The translations under genes were made by a program, and so were the position numbers. Below are positions 1 to 9,578 of a stretch of DNA of 64,000 bases, piece by piece. The stretch is from Candidatus Paceibacter sp. (GTDB lineage Bacteria; Patescibacteriota; Patescibacteriia; Magasanikbacterales; UBA922), in the NCBI GenBank assembly GCA_020725175.1, contig DYFM01000001.1, forward strand, positions 1,504-65,503, read 5' to 3'. Positions within the stretch are counted from its first letter, which is position 1, and each line of letters starts with the position of its first letter. Below the pieces are notes generated by a model. The model saw only the letters and a list, made by a program, of their open reading frames with translations. It was not told the origin of the DNA and did no database searches.

Positions 1-170
1 ACGGAAAGATTGGAATCAAAGTGTGGGTATATCGTGGTCAAGTATTTGGAAGAAAGGATGACATTCAAGCTGAAGCTACACCAGCATCAACAAAACGAGA
101 TGAAAGTGAAAAACGAACCAACCGAGCACCACGACAACGAACTCGTAAACAGAGTGCTCCGGCTGCCTAA
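1..170 (+). CDS. rpsC: 30S ribosomal protein S3, C-terminal fragment (gene continues upstream of window)
   Basis: Reading frame ending at TAA 168-170 translates to ...GKIGIKVWVYRGQVFGRKD... with a basic tail, typical of the S3 C-terminus; followed directly by rplP. Confidence 0.75.
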   Translation, partial: GKIGIKVWVYRGQVFGRKDDIQAEATPASTKRDESEKRTNRAPRQRTRKQSAPAA

Positions 171-203
171 CTTATAGTGATTACTAGATTTTAGAAGAAT
201 GGT

Positions 204-617
204 ATGTTGTTACCTAAAAAAGTAAAACACAGAAAATGGCACAAGCCACGTCGCCGTAATAAAGGGGTGGCGACGCGTATGACAACGGTTGCGTTTGGAG
301 ACTTTGGTTTTCGTTCGGAAGATCATGGTTGGGTGACCAGTCGTCAGATTGAAGCGGCCCGACGGGTATTGACTCGTTACGTTCGTCGCGGTGGAAAAGT
401 GTGGATTCGAATTTTCCCAGATCGACCGGTTACCAAAAAAGGTGCCGAAGTGCCGATGGGGGGAGGAAAAGGTTCGCCGGATCATTATGTAGCCACCGTT
501 AAGCCCGGAACAGTCCTGTTTGAAATCGGTGGTGTCCCTGAAGATAAAGCACGAGAAGCTATTCTCCTTGCCGGACACAAGATGCCGGTCAAAGGAAAGG
601 TTGCGGCAAAATTCTAA
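204..617 (+). CDS. rplP: 50S ribosomal protein L16
   Basis: 137 aa, [21 protein letters not shown]... is the L16 N-terminal signature; position after rpsC. Confidence 0.95.
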   Translation: MLLPKKVKHRKWHKPRRRNKGVATRMTTVAFGDFGFRSEDHGWVTSRQIEAARRVLTRYVRRGGKVWIRIFPDRPVTKKGAEVPMGGGKGSPDHYVATVKPGTVLFEIGGVPEDKAREAILLAGHKMPVKGKVAAKF

Positions 618-629
618 TTACGACAATAG

Positions 630-760
630 GATCCGAATCTGCAAATAGTATCCGAATCGACAAATCTACTAATAGTACGAATTAGCCCTCTGAAGTTAAT
701 ACAAACAGTATTCAGAAGTTCGTAGATCTGTAGATTCGGATACTATTCGTAGATTCGGAC
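630..760. repeat. Long imperfect inverted repeat (~40 bp arms, ~50 nt loop) filling the rplP-rpmC spacer
   Basis: Left arm ggatccgaatctgcaaatagtatccgaatcgacaaatctac (630-671) is near-complementary to right arm gtagatctgtagattcggatactattcgtagattcggac (723-760). Confidence 0.7.
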
Positions 761-777
761 AAAGTAGTTTATATTCT

Positions 778-972
778 ATGGATTTTAAAGAATTACAAAC
801 CAAGACTGAGCAAGAATTACATGATTTGCTTGCTACCGAAAAGCATCACTTGCGTGAGCTTCGATTCAAAGCAAGTGAAGGGCAGCTAAAAGGTGTTCAT
901 GCTATTCGTACAGCACGTACTACGATTGCTCAGATTTTAACCGTATTGAAAAAACGCCAGCAGGCGGGCTAA
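778..972 (+). CDS. rpmC: 50S ribosomal protein L29
   Basis: 64 aa helical protein MDFKELQTKTEQELHDLL...; conserved order between L16 and S17. Confidence 0.9.
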   Translation: MDFKELQTKTEQELHDLLATEKHHLRELRFKASEGQLKGVHAIRTARTTIAQILTVLKKRQQAG

Positions 973-1278
973 TTGTTTGATACTATGGTAAAGGTTTCCC
1001 AACAACAAACGCAACAAACACCAGTGAACCAGGCACTTACGCGTCAATTTGAAGGTGTGGTAGTTACTGCTCCCGGACAAAAAACCATTAGTGTTTTGGT
1101 GAAGACGGTAAAGTTGCATCAGAAATATCAGAAACAGTATACCGTTTCAAAAAAATATGCGGTACATGATGAGAATAACACAGCAGAAGTGGGCGATACC
1201 GTATTGTTTCAAGAATGCCGCCCAATCAGTAAACGAAAACGCTGGTATTTGCTGAAGGTAGTAAAGAAAGCAGCGTAA
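973..1278 (+). CDS. rpsQ: 30S ribosomal protein S17
   Basis: 101 aa; ...[30 protein letters not shown]...; position after L29. Confidence 0.9.
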   Translation: MFDTMVKVSQQQTQQTPVNQALTRQFEGVVVTAPGQKTISVLVKTVKLHQKYQKQYTVSKKYAVHDENNTAEVGDTVLFQECRPISKRKRWYLLKVVKKAA

Positions 1279-1324
1279 GGCGTATTCATTCCGACGTTCA
1301 AAAGATACTTGTTATAGACATTAT

Positions 1325-1696
1325 ATGATACAGCACAGATCAATGCTTCAAGTGGCAGACAACAGTGGCGCGAAAAAACTTCAGTGTATTCGCGTACTTG
1401 GTGGCTACAAAAAACGCTATGCACGAATTGGTGACATTATTGTTTGCTCCGTGAAAGAAGCTGAGCCACGTGGTGCCGTTAAGAAAGGTGATGTGGTGAT
1501 TGCCGTTATCGTGCGACAGCGAAAGGAATTAGCCCGAAAAGACGGTACATATATTCGATTTGATGAAAACGCCGGAGTAATTGTTGACAAGAAAACCAAA
1601 GATCCAAAAGGTACTCGTATTTTTGGACCGGTGGCGCGTGAGCTCCGAGGAAGAGGATTTCAAAAAATAGTTTCCTTGGCGCCTGAGGTACTCTAA
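1325..1696 (+). CDS. rplN: 50S ribosomal protein L14
   Basis: 123 aa, [27 protein letters not shown]... is the canonical L14 start. Confidence 0.95.
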   Translation: MIQHRSMLQVADNSGAKKLQCIRVLGGYKKRYARIGDIIVCSVKEAEPRGAVKKGDVVIAVIVRQRKELARKDGTYIRFDENAGVIVDKKTKDPKGTRIFGPVARELRGRGFQKIVSLAPEVL

Positions 1697-1706
1697 GTAA
1701 TTTTTT

Positions 1707-2024
1707 ATGAAGATCAAAACCAATGACATTGTAAAAGTGCTCTCTGGAAAAAGCCGTGGAAAAACCGGTAAAGTCTTGCAAGTGCTTGAACAAAAAAAGA
1801 ATGGCCGAACTTATGTGGTGGTAGAGGGAGTGAATATTTTGAAAAAACATTTGCGTGCACAACGAAACCAAAAAGGCCAGGTCATTGAATTGCCGGCTCC
1901 AGTTGACGTGAGTAATGTTATGTTGGTTGATCCAAAATCAAATAAACCAACTCGAGTTGGGTTTAAAAAAGATGGTGACCAAAAGAAACGTGTTGCCAAA
2001 AAAACCGGAGAATATATTGATTAA
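1707..2024 (+). CDS. rplX: 50S ribosomal protein L24
   Basis: 105 aa, MKIKTNDIVKVLSGKSRGKTGKVL... KOW motif; order L14-L24-L5. Confidence 0.9.
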   Translation: MKIKTNDIVKVLSGKSRGKTGKVLQVLEQKKNGRTYVVVEGVNILKKHLRAQRNQKGQVIELPAPVDVSNVMLVDPKSNKPTRVGFKKDGDQKKRVAKKTGEYID

Positions 2025-2053
2025 CTTAATCTTCGCTTTGTTTATAGAACGGT

Positions 2054-2599
2054 ATGAAATCACGATTTTACACAATGTACAAAGAACGCGTTGTTCCAAA
2101 CTTGAAAGCGGCGTTTGGTCTTAAAAACGTCATGCAGGTGCCAAAGATTGAAAAAGTGGTGATCAATGTTGGGTATGGCCGACAAGTAAAAGATAAAGCG
2201 TACATTGATAATGTAGAAAGTACTCTTGGAGCGATTACCGGACAAAAACCGGTCCACAATAAAGCCAAGAAGTCTATCTCCAACTTTAAAATACGTGAGG
2301 GTATGCCAATCGGGGCATCGGTAACTCTCAGAGGAAATCATATGTACGATTTTCTTGACAAGTTGGTAAGTGTTACTTTCCCACGTGTTCGTGATTTCCG
2401 TGGTATTTCTCCAAAGATATTTGACCGTCAAGGAAATTGTACGATTGGTTTTAAAGAAAACATTGCATTTCCGGAAATCAAAGCAGATGCCATTGAAAAA
2501 ATCCATGGACTTGAAGTGGTGATTCATACCACTGCTAAATCAAAAGAACATGGTTTGGCTCTCCTTAAAGAACTCGGATTTCCGTTTCAAGAAAAATAA
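2054..2599 (+). CDS. rplE: 50S ribosomal protein L5
   Basis: 181 aa; ...[32 protein letters not shown]... typical L5. Confidence 0.95.
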   Translation: MKSRFYTMYKERVVPNLKAAFGLKNVMQVPKIEKVVINVGYGRQVKDKAYIDNVESTLGAITGQKPVHNKAKKSISNFKIREGMPIGASVTLRGNHMYDFLDKLVSVTFPRVRDFRGISPKIFDRQGNCTIGFKENIAFPEIKADAIEKIHGLEVVIHTTAKSKEHGLALLKELGFPFQEK

Positions 2600-2610
2600 T
2601 TTCATTCATT

Positions 2611-2796
2611 ATGGCAACTCAGTCACAGAAAGCAAAATCTAACAGAAACCCAAAGTTTAGCACTCGTATAGTGCGCCGCTGCTGGAAATGTGGTCGAAAA
2701 CGCGGTTATATGCGGAAATTCGGTTTATGCCGTATTTGCTTCCGTGAACTTGCAAACCAAGGACGTTTGCCTGGGGTAAGAAAATCAAGTTGGTAA
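2611..2796 (+). CDS. rpsZ: 30S ribosomal protein S14 type Z (zinc-binding)
   Basis: 61 aa with CWKCGRKRG...CRICFRE (CxxC...CxxC) zinc ribbon; position between L5 and S8. Confidence 0.9.
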   Translation: MATQSQKAKSNRNPKFSTRIVRRCWKCGRKRGYMRKFGLCRICFRELANQGRLPGVRKSSW

Positions 2797-2812
2797 ATTT
2801 ACACATTCACAT

Positions 2813-3202
2813 ATGATGACCGATCCAATCGCAGACATGCTCACTCGAATTCGAAACGCGCAAGCCGCTCGCCTGGCGAGTGTTCAAATTCCTGCTTCCA
2901 AATTGAAAATGGCCATTGCCGGTATTTTGGTAGAAGAAGGATTTTTGACAGCTATGAAAGAGCTCGACGGAACACCAAAAATGCTGGAGTTGTCTTTGAA
3001 GTATGTTGGAAAACAACCGGCTATTCAGTCGATTGCCCGGGAAAGTAAACCTGGTCATCGCTGTTATGTAAAAGCCGATCAGTTACCAAGAATTTTGAAT
3101 GACTATGGTGTGGCTATTGTATCCACTTCAAAAGGATTGATGACAAATAAAAAAGCGCGAAAAGAAGGGATTGGCGGAGAAATTATTTGTTCCGTCTATT
3201 AA
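2813..3202 (+). CDS. rpsH: 30S ribosomal protein S8
   Basis: 129 aa, MMTDPIADMLTRIRNAQAARL... canonical S8 start. Confidence 0.95.
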   Translation: MMTDPIADMLTRIRNAQAARLASVQIPASKLKMAIAGILVEEGFLTAMKELDGTPKMLELSLKYVGKQPAIQSIARESKPGHRCYVKADQLPRILNDYGVAIVSTSKGLMTNKKARKEGIGGEIICSVY

Positions 3203-3233
3203 TCAGTCGCCTAAATATTGTAACGTAAACGCT

Positions 3234-3779
3234 ATGTCTCGTATTGGAAAAAAGACAATTACTATCCCAGCTGGTGTAACGGTTGAGGTTCAAGGAGACC
3301 TCATTCGGGTAAAAGGACCAAAAGGGGAGTTGACCAGAACCGTTTCGCCATTGGTGCAGATTCAGGTTGCGGCCGAAGGAGTAATGGTTGACGTGAAGAA
3401 TAAAGAAGACAAACAAGAACGTTCTTTGTGGGGTACTTTTGGATCTCATGTGACAAATATGGTGCGAGGCGTGACCGAAGGGTTTAAAAAGCAACTTGAG
3501 ATTAATGGTGTTGGATATAAAGCGGCAATGCAAGGAAAAGACCTGAAATTGGATGTTGGATTTTCACATTCGGTTATTTTTCCTCTTCCTAGTGTTGTAT
3601 CCGCACAAGTAGAGAAAAACGTTATTACATTAGAAAGTATTGATAAAGAGTTGTTGGGTGCTACGGCTGCCAAGCTTCGCAGTGTAAGACCACCGGAACC
3701 ATATAAAGGAAAAGGAATTAAGTACTCTGACGAGACAATTCGACGCAAAGCTGGTAAAGCAGCGAAGGCAGCGAAATAA
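3234..3779 (+). CDS. rplF: 50S ribosomal protein L6
   Basis: [33 protein letters not shown]...; start moved to internal ATG 3234 because the upstream ORF extension overlaps rpsH. Confidence 0.9.
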   Translation: MSRIGKKTITIPAGVTVEVQGDLIRVKGPKGELTRTVSPLVQIQVAAEGVMVDVKNKEDKQERSLWGTFGSHVTNMVRGVTEGFKKQLEINGVGYKAAMQGKDLKLDVGFSHSVIFPLPSVVSAQVEKNVITLESIDKELLGATAAKLRSVRPPEPYKGKGIKYSDETIRRKAGKAAKAAK

Positions 3780-3814
3780 TGTTGATCACATTTTCTCTCA
3801 GTAGCTATTACTCT

Positions 3815-4189
3815 ATGAGCAAAAAAAACATGAACAACCAAACAAAACGTTTGCGCCGACATCGCCGAATTCGAGCGGTTATCTCCGGTACTGCCACTCG
3901 ACCTCGTTTGGCTGTATTTCGAAGTAATGATGCGCTTTTCTTGCAACTTATTGATGATGTGGCCGGAAAAACATTGGTATCTGCCCACAGTAAAACTGAT
4001 GCAACTGCCGGTGACGCAGGAGAACGAACTGGAAAAGTGAAAGAAAGTTATTTGGTTGGGAAAGCGTTGGCGGAAAAAGCAAAAGCAAAACAGATTGAAA
4101 CAGTAGTGTTTGATCGTGGAGGGTATCTGTATCACGGACGCGTAAAAGCAGCGGCTGAAGGCGCGCGTGATGGGGGATTACAATTTTAG
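3815..4189 (+). CDS. rplR: 50S ribosomal protein L18
   Basis: ...[28 protein letters not shown]... L18 signature; start ATG 3815 (or 3830) chosen over the hydrophobic ORF extension. Confidence 0.85.
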   Translation: MSKKNMNNQTKRLRRHRRIRAVISGTATRPRLAVFRSNDALFLQLIDDVAGKTLVSAHSKTDATAGDAGERTGKVKESYLVGKALAEKAKAKQIETVVFDRGGYLYHGRVKAAAEGARDGGLQF

Positions 4190-4200
4190 TTTTGTATTAC

Positions 4201-4293
4201 GTTTATTGGTTTAATAGTTCATTGGTCGATTGGGTAGCCAAACCTTCATCCAGTGCATCACGAAAGACCAATTTGATATTAAACCAATAAACT
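4201..4293. repeat. ~27-bp-arm inverted repeat occupying the rplR-rpsE spacer
   Basis: gtttattggtttaatagttcattggtc (4201-4227) vs gaccaatttgatattaaaccaataaac (4267-4293), near-perfect reverse complements. Confidence 0.7.
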
Positions 4294-4313
4294 AGTAAAC
4301 TAATAACTTCTTT

Positions 4314-4928
4314 ATGGCACAACAAGGCAAAGGAACAAAAAAAATGAGACCAAAAAAAGAAAAACCAGAGTTTGACCAACAGATTGTGGATTTGGCTCGT
4401 GTTACCCGTGTGACCAAAGGTGGAAAACAACTGAGTTTTCGCGCCTGTGTTGTGATTGGTGATCGCAAGGGTAGAGTAGGGTATGGAGTAGATAAAGGAA
4501 AGGATGTTCAGATTGCGGTTGAAAAAGCGGTAAATCAAGCAAAGAAGAGTTTGATCCGTGTTCCACTGGTAAATGAAACTATTCCGCACCGAGTAGAATC
4601 AAAATTTAAAGCAGCGCGTGTCATGATTAAACCTGCACCACGAGGATCTGGGCTTATTGCGGGAAGTTCAATTCGAATTGTTCTTGAGTTGGCTGGAGTC
4701 CCAAACGCATCATCAAAAATGCTGGGAAAAACCACCAACAAAATTACCAATATCAAGAGTATTTTTGACGCACTGACATCATTTCGCCCAACTTCAGGAA
4801 AGCCGTCTCGTTCGGAACGACCGGTAGTGAAATCAGAAGCTGAAGAGACTGACACACCGACAGCCGAAGTGAAGAAACGTCCTGCTCGTAAGACTGCTGC
4901 TAAGAAATCAGCAAAAGAAACCGCATAA
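4314..4928 (+). CDS. rpsE: 30S ribosomal protein S5 with lysine-rich C-terminal extension
   Basis: 204 aa; ...IVDLARVTRVTKGGKQLSFRACVVIGDRKGRVGYGVDKGKDVQIAV... S5 dsRBD core; extra ~40 aa basic tail. Confidence 0.9.
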   Translation: MAQQGKGTKKMRPKKEKPEFDQQIVDLARVTRVTKGGKQLSFRACVVIGDRKGRVGYGVDKGKDVQIAVEKAVNQAKKSLIRVPLVNETIPHRVESKFKAARVMIKPAPRGSGLIAGSSIRIVLELAGVPNASSKMLGKTTNKITNIKSIFDALTSFRPTSGKPSRSERPVVKSEAEETDTPTAEVKKRPARKTAAKKSAKETA

Positions 4929-4987
4929 TTGATCAGTCAGTTTCCCTTTTTTGTTATCTCGTTATCAATTTACCAAATTACCTTCAT

Positions 4988-5431
4988 ATGGCTGCATTAG
5001 CTCCTCACACAATTTCACAACCACGTGCTCGCAGAAAAGCAAAGCGAGTTGGTCGTGGTATTGCTTCCGGAAAAGGAAAAACCTCCGCACGAGGTGAAAA
5101 AGGTCAGAAAGCACGTTCTGGTGGAAAAGCCGGTTTGAAAACATTTGGGTTCAAACAGTCTTTACAAAAAGTACCAAAACTTCGCGGATTCAAGAGTCAA
5201 AAACCAAAAAAAGAAACCGTTACACTTGCAAAATTAGCTGAATACTCGGAAGCAAATCAAGTAGTTACTCCACACGTGTTGAAAGAAAAAGGCGTGATTG
5301 CGCGCCCGCAAAGCGGTGTGAAAATCGTCGCGAGCGGTACGATGCCTCACGCGATTACCGTGGAAGGTTGCTTGGTGAGTAAAAAAGCGGTAGAATTGAT
5401 TGAGAAAGCGGGTGGAAAGATTGTGTTCTAG
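4988..5431 (+). CDS. rplO: 50S ribosomal protein L15
   Basis: 147 aa; ...RRKAKRVGRGIASGKGKTSARGEKGQKARSGG... L15 glycine/lysine-rich N-terminus. Confidence 0.9.
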   Translation: MAALAPHTISQPRARRKAKRVGRGIASGKGKTSARGEKGQKARSGGKAGLKTFGFKQSLQKVPKLRGFKSQKPKKETVTLAKLAEYSEANQVVTPHVLKEKGVIARPQSGVKIVASGTMPHAITVEGCLVSKKAVELIEKAGGKIVF

Positions 5432-5470
5432 TTTCCGTGATAGATATGTTGGTGAGTACTGACTCGATCA

Positions 5471-5517
5471 GAAATAACGAAATAACGAAATAAAGAAATA
5501 AAGAAATAAAGAAATAA
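5471..5517. repeat. Tandem heptanucleotide array (CGAAATA/AGAAATA) x ~7 downstream of rplO
   Basis: gaaataacgaaataacgaaataaagaaataaagaaataaagaaataa, read directly in the sequence; preceded by tactgactcga. Confidence 0.85.
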
Positions 5518-5623
5518 GCATTACTTGGACTGGTCAAATGTACGTCTTCTTCTACAGTACACTTATTCTTTTGCGGTTTAAATTGTCTTTCCTGTTTAAT
5601 TTATACCACTACCTCTGATTTCT

Positions 5624-6898
5624 ATGTGGGAAAAACTTCAACGAATTTGGAAAATTACCGATCTGCGTAACCGCATTCTTTTTGTTATTGGGATGTTGGT
5701 TATTTTTCGGGTAGCGGCACACATTCCAGTTCCGGGAATTAATACTGCCAATTTGCAGCAATTTTTGTCTGGAAACCAAATTCTCGGATTGTTAAATATT
5801 TTTTCCGGTGGAACAATTGAAAACTTTTCGTTGGTCATGCTTGGAGTAGCCCCATATATTACGGCTTCCATTATTTTTCAGTTGTTGACCATGGTAGTTC
5901 CTCAGCTTGAAGAACTGTCAAAAGAGGGCGAATCAGGGCAACAGAAGATCAGTCAGTACACACGTATCACTACTATTCCGTTGGCTATTTTACAAGCGTT
6001 TGGGTTGTTACAACTATTACAACAATCACAACTCGATATTTTAGGAACATTAACCCCATTCCGCTTTGTTGCCATCTTGCTGAGTGTTACCGCCGGAACC
6101 ATGTTTTTGATGTGGATTGGTGAACAGATTACAGAAAAGAATATCGGAAACGGAATTTCATTGTTGATTTTTGCTGGTATCGTGGCGGTATTACCACAAA
6201 CAGTACAAAATATTGTGGTCAACTATAATCCGGCTGATTTACCGACGTATTTACTCTTTATTGTTATCGCGATTCTTACGGTTGTCGGAATTGTTATCAT
6301 CAATGAAGGACAGCGAAACATTCCAGTAAGTTATGCTAAACAAATTCGTGGTGGACGTGGCGCACAAGGTGGTGCGCAATCTCATTTGCCGCTTCGAGTA
6401 AATATGGCCGGAGTGATTCCGATTATCTTCGCGATTTCCGTGATTCTTTTCCCACCAATGGTCGCGCAATTTCTTGTAAATAAAGCCGGCATCATAGGTT
6501 CGCTCGCGCAAAAGACAATTACGCTATTTAATAACCAACTGTTTTACGGTATCATTTATTTCTTACTGGTTTTCGGATTTACCTATTTCTATACTGCAGT
6601 AATTTTCAAACCAGACAAGATTGCGGAAAATTTGCAACGTCAAGGCGGATTTATTCCTGGTATTCGTCCGGGCAAACAAACGGAAGAATATTTGGCTGGT
6701 ATCATGCATAAATTGGTTTTTGCGGGAGCACTGTTCTTGGCACTGATTGCTATTCTGCCACTCATTGTTCAGGCAATCACAAATTCTCAAGCGTTGGTGA
6801 TTGGGGGAACTAGCTTACTGATCGTAGTAAGCGTAGCGATCGAGATGACGAAACAAATAGAAGCGCAACTGACCATGCATGAATACGATCGGGTCTAA
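5624..6898 (+). CDS. secY: Preprotein translocase subunit SecY
   Basis: 424 aa, 10 predicted TM segments, N-terminus ...LRNRILFVIGMLVIFRVAAHIPVPGIN... typical of SecY; follows rplO. Confidence 0.95.
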   Translation: MWEKLQRIWKITDLRNRILFVIGMLVIFRVAAHIPVPGINTANLQQFLSGNQILGLLNIFSGGTIENFSLVMLGVAPYITASIIFQLLTMVVPQLEELSKEGESGQQKISQYTRITTIPLAILQAFGLLQLLQQSQLDILGTLTPFRFVAILLSVTAGTMFLMWIGEQITEKNIGNGISLLIFAGIVAVLPQTVQNIVVNYNPADLPTYLLFIVIAILTVVGIVIINEGQRNIPVSYAKQIRGGRGAQGGAQSHLPLRVNMAGVIPIIFAISVILFPPMVAQFLVNKAGIIGSLAQKTITLFNNQLFYGIIYFLLVFGFTYFYTAVIFKPDKIAENLQRQGGFIPGIRPGKQTEEYLAGIMHKLVFAGALFLALIAILPLIVQAITNSQALVIGGTSLLIVVSVAIEMTKQIEAQLTMHEYDRV

Positions 6899-7058
6899 TG
6901 ATTGGTGATGAAGATACTATACAGCCTGCTTTCGAGCGGGCTGTGTTGTTGCCAGCGACAGCCGTACTTGAGGTCTGAAGAGTGTGTGGTATAGTAAGAA
7001 TAGAGCGACTGTTTGTTCATTGGGTGAAGTGACTGTTTGGGAGTTAATCCAATGAAGA

Positions 7059-7406
7059 ATGCGCAGAAGTGTTGTATTCTTAGCAATTTCTTATATGAGT
7101 TTCTTCTCTTATTTATTTGGTTCTAGTTCAGATCGATACTCCGACCAGCAAAAAACATTGTCTGAACAAACAATTCAAGATATCGTGTCTCGTTCACTGG
7201 TAAACACGTTGTCAAAACAAGAAGAGTTGGTTGTGGAGCGAGCAATCGCGACAGCCAGAAAAGGCAACGGAAAGATTTCTCTTCGTCAAATTGATGAGAC
7301 GTTGAGGAGATTGCAGCATGCGAAAGATCCGAATCAAAGAATTAGTGAACACGATAGAAGAAAACTTATGAAAGTCTTTGAGAATTATTATGCAAAATTA
7401 GCTTGA
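7059..7406 (+). CDS. Hypothetical protein (hydrophobic N-terminus)
   Basis: 115-aa ORF between secY and adk; no recognisable motif. Confidence 0.35.
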   Translation: MRRSVVFLAISYMSFFSYLFGSSSDRYSDQQKTLSEQTIQDIVSRSLVNTLSKQEELVVERAIATARKGNGKISLRQIDETLRRLQHAKDPNQRISEHDRRKLMKVFENYYAKLA

Positions 7407-7662
7407 GAATACTGAGATGATAAGCAAGAAATATTTATAAAGAAAATTACAAGACGTATAAAACAAATAAAATATATAAAATGTTTAAAACGAATAACAT
7501 ATACAAAACATCTAAACAAATGAATTACCTGCAGCAGACTGTAGGGAATCCAACACTCGTCCACCTAGGGCGGATGAAGCAAACAATTAAGCAAATAATC
7601 CAATAAACTAATTTTCTCATTAACTATTTAACGAATATACTATTTACCAATTACACGTACGT

Positions 7663-8328
7663 ATGAAACACATCATTATCTTCATGGGTATTCCGGGAAG
7701 CGGCAAGGGGACGGAGGCAAAAAAACTGGCGGAGGAATTTGGTTATGTTCATATTTCTACCGGTGATTTGTTTCGGGCATTGGCACTTGATCCAAAGGCT
7801 GATCCAAATGACCTCAAACTTCTTGAAGATATGAAGGCAGGAAGACTAGTGTCTGATGCGTTGGTATATAAATTGGCTTTTCAGGCCATTGAACATTCTC
7901 TTGCAGAAGGTCATGGAGTAGTGCTAGATGGGGCGATTCGAAGTGTGGAGCAGGCAAAAGCTTTTGAAGCGTTTTTTGAAAAAAAGGGGTTAGTGGGTGA
8001 AGTGCAGGTGATTGAACTTACGCTTGATGATGAGATGGCTTATAATCGACTCACAAAAAGAAAAATTTGTTCAGAATGCGGAGCGATTTTACCATACTCA
8101 TTGGATAATGAGGTGCGCACGGTGTGTCAGGCGTGTGGGGGAAAATTGGTCGTGCGTTCGGATGATAGTCCGGAAATAGCCCGAAAACGGCTTGAAGAAC
8201 AAGGAAATGCCATGATTAAGCCTATAATTGCATATTATCAAACGATCGGATTGTGGAAAGCGGTGGACGCAAGTAAAAGTATTGATGAGGTTCATCACGA
8301 GGTGGTTGCGTGTTTAGCAGAAGTATAA
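7663..8328 (+). CDS. adk: Adenylate kinase (zinc-containing lid)
   Basis: MKHIIIFMGIPGSGKGTEAKKLAEEFGYVHISTGDLFR (P-loop); lid with CSECG...CQACGG. Confidence 0.95.
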   Translation: MKHIIIFMGIPGSGKGTEAKKLAEEFGYVHISTGDLFRALALDPKADPNDLKLLEDMKAGRLVSDALVYKLAFQAIEHSLAEGHGVVLDGAIRSVEQAKAFEAFFEKKGLVGEVQVIELTLDDEMAYNRLTKRKICSECGAILPYSLDNEVRTVCQACGGKLVVRSDDSPEIARKRLEEQGNAMIKPIIAYYQTIGLWKAVDASKSIDEVHHEVVACLAEV

Positions 8329-8470
8329 TATGCTAGAAGTATCATGAGTATCTGGTAAAACAAAAACCGACCTATCGGAAACCGCCGGCGGTCTCAACAA
8401 TAGATCGGTCTATGAAATCAAGTGATCAGCTTGATCTGTGTACCGTATCCCTACGAAAGGGAGAGAAAAG

Positions 8471-8496
8471 CAACGATACCTAGTCGTTGTTTTTTG
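8471..8496 (+). terminator. Rho-independent terminator candidate after adk
   Basis: caacgatacctagtcgttg hairpin followed by tttttt. Confidence 0.55.
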
Positions 8497-8638
8497 GTGG
8501 GCATGAGTATACCATAAAAAAAATAAATTGAATAGTAATAGAATTTGTGGATAGGTTGAAAAAAAACGATACTGTGGTACAATCAGATGGTTCTAGGAAT
8601 ATATGTATAATTTGATAATGGATATAATGTAACAAACT

Positions 8639-9451
8639 ATGTATAAAAAGAAACAACACGAACTCAAGTGGATTGAAGAAGGTGGAAAAAAGTTGGGGGA
8701 GATTTTGCGACAGCTTGAAACAATGGTACGGCCGGGAGTAAGTGCCTGGGATATTGATCAGGAGGCAGAAAAGCTCATCCGGGCAGTCGGTGGTGTGCCA
8801 GCGTTTAAAGGGTACAAGGCGCATCGCTATGATCCTCCGTTTCCATCTACAATTTGTGCCTCTCGCAATGAAGAAGTAGTGCACGGAATTGCCACAAAAG
8901 ATAAGATATTACATGATGGTGATATTTTTAGTATTGATATTGGGATGCAGTATCCGGCCGGATGTGGAGAGGGTAAAGACGGGAATGGATATTTTACCGA
9001 TACCGCTCTTACGGTGCCGGTGGGAACTATTCCGGAAACAACAAAACAATTACTTGCGGTTACCAAAAAAGCTCTTGAAATTGGGATTGCGGCTGCAGTA
9101 CCGGGGAATACTGTCGCGGAGATTGGACGAGCGATTGAAGACTATGTTGCTCCGCAAGGATATGGAATAGTGCGAGATTTGGTGGGTCATGGAGTGGGGC
9201 ATGCGGTACATGAAGATCCGCGGGTACCAAATTATTACGAAAAAGATTTGGAACAGTGGGAAATTGTTCCGGGGGTGGTACTGGCGCTCGAGCCGATGAT
9301 TACTATGAAAGGAGAGGATGTAGAAACTGCTGCTGACGGGTGGAGTATCTCTACGGTTGACAAAAGTTTAAGTGCGCATTTTGAACATACTATTATCATT
9401 ACAGAAGAAGGGCCGGTAGTGGTGACGAGGAGAGTGGGGGAGAAAGTTTGA
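8639..9451 (+). CDS. map: Methionine aminopeptidase type I
   Basis: 270 aa; ...DGDIFSIDIGMQYP...GHGVGHAVHEDP...LEPMIT... metal-binding residues of MetAP. Confidence 0.9.
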   Translation: MYKKKQHELKWIEEGGKKLGEILRQLETMVRPGVSAWDIDQEAEKLIRAVGGVPAFKGYKAHRYDPPFPSTICASRNEEVVHGIATKDKILHDGDIFSIDIGMQYPAGCGEGKDGNGYFTDTALTVPVGTIPETTKQLLAVTKKALEIGIAAAVPGNTVAEIGRAIEDYVAPQGYGIVRDLVGHGVGHAVHEDPRVPNYYEKDLEQWEIVPGVVLALEPMITMKGEDVETAADGWSISTVDKSLSAHFEHTIIITEEGPVVVTRRVGEKV

Positions 9452-9578
9452 AGTTTTAATGATTAAGTTTAAAGGTAGAGTGGGTATTTTGTACTAGTAT
9501 TAAAAAGTAATGTTATATAGGAAAAATATATACAGACGACAGAATAATAAAACTTAAACATTTAAACTTCAGCATTTT

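Noticed and set aside
210-578. 122-aa minus-strand ORF
   Set aside because: Lies entirely antisense within rplP (L16), whose identity is certain; shadow ORF.
3446-4135. 229-aa minus-strand ORF
   Set aside because: Antisense across rplF and rplR in the ribosomal operon.
8370-8395. Perfect 12-bp palindrome accgccggcggt after adk; possible small RNA or tRNA
   Set aside because: No cloverleaf can be drawn from the surrounding 150 nt. It is kept only as a GC-rich hairpin of unknown significance, and the adk terminator is better explained by the 8471-8496 hairpin.
8480-8884. 134-aa minus-strand ORF
   Set aside because: Overlaps the 5' part of map on the opposite strand and an AT-rich intergenic region. 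Composition is aberrant and there is no RBS.
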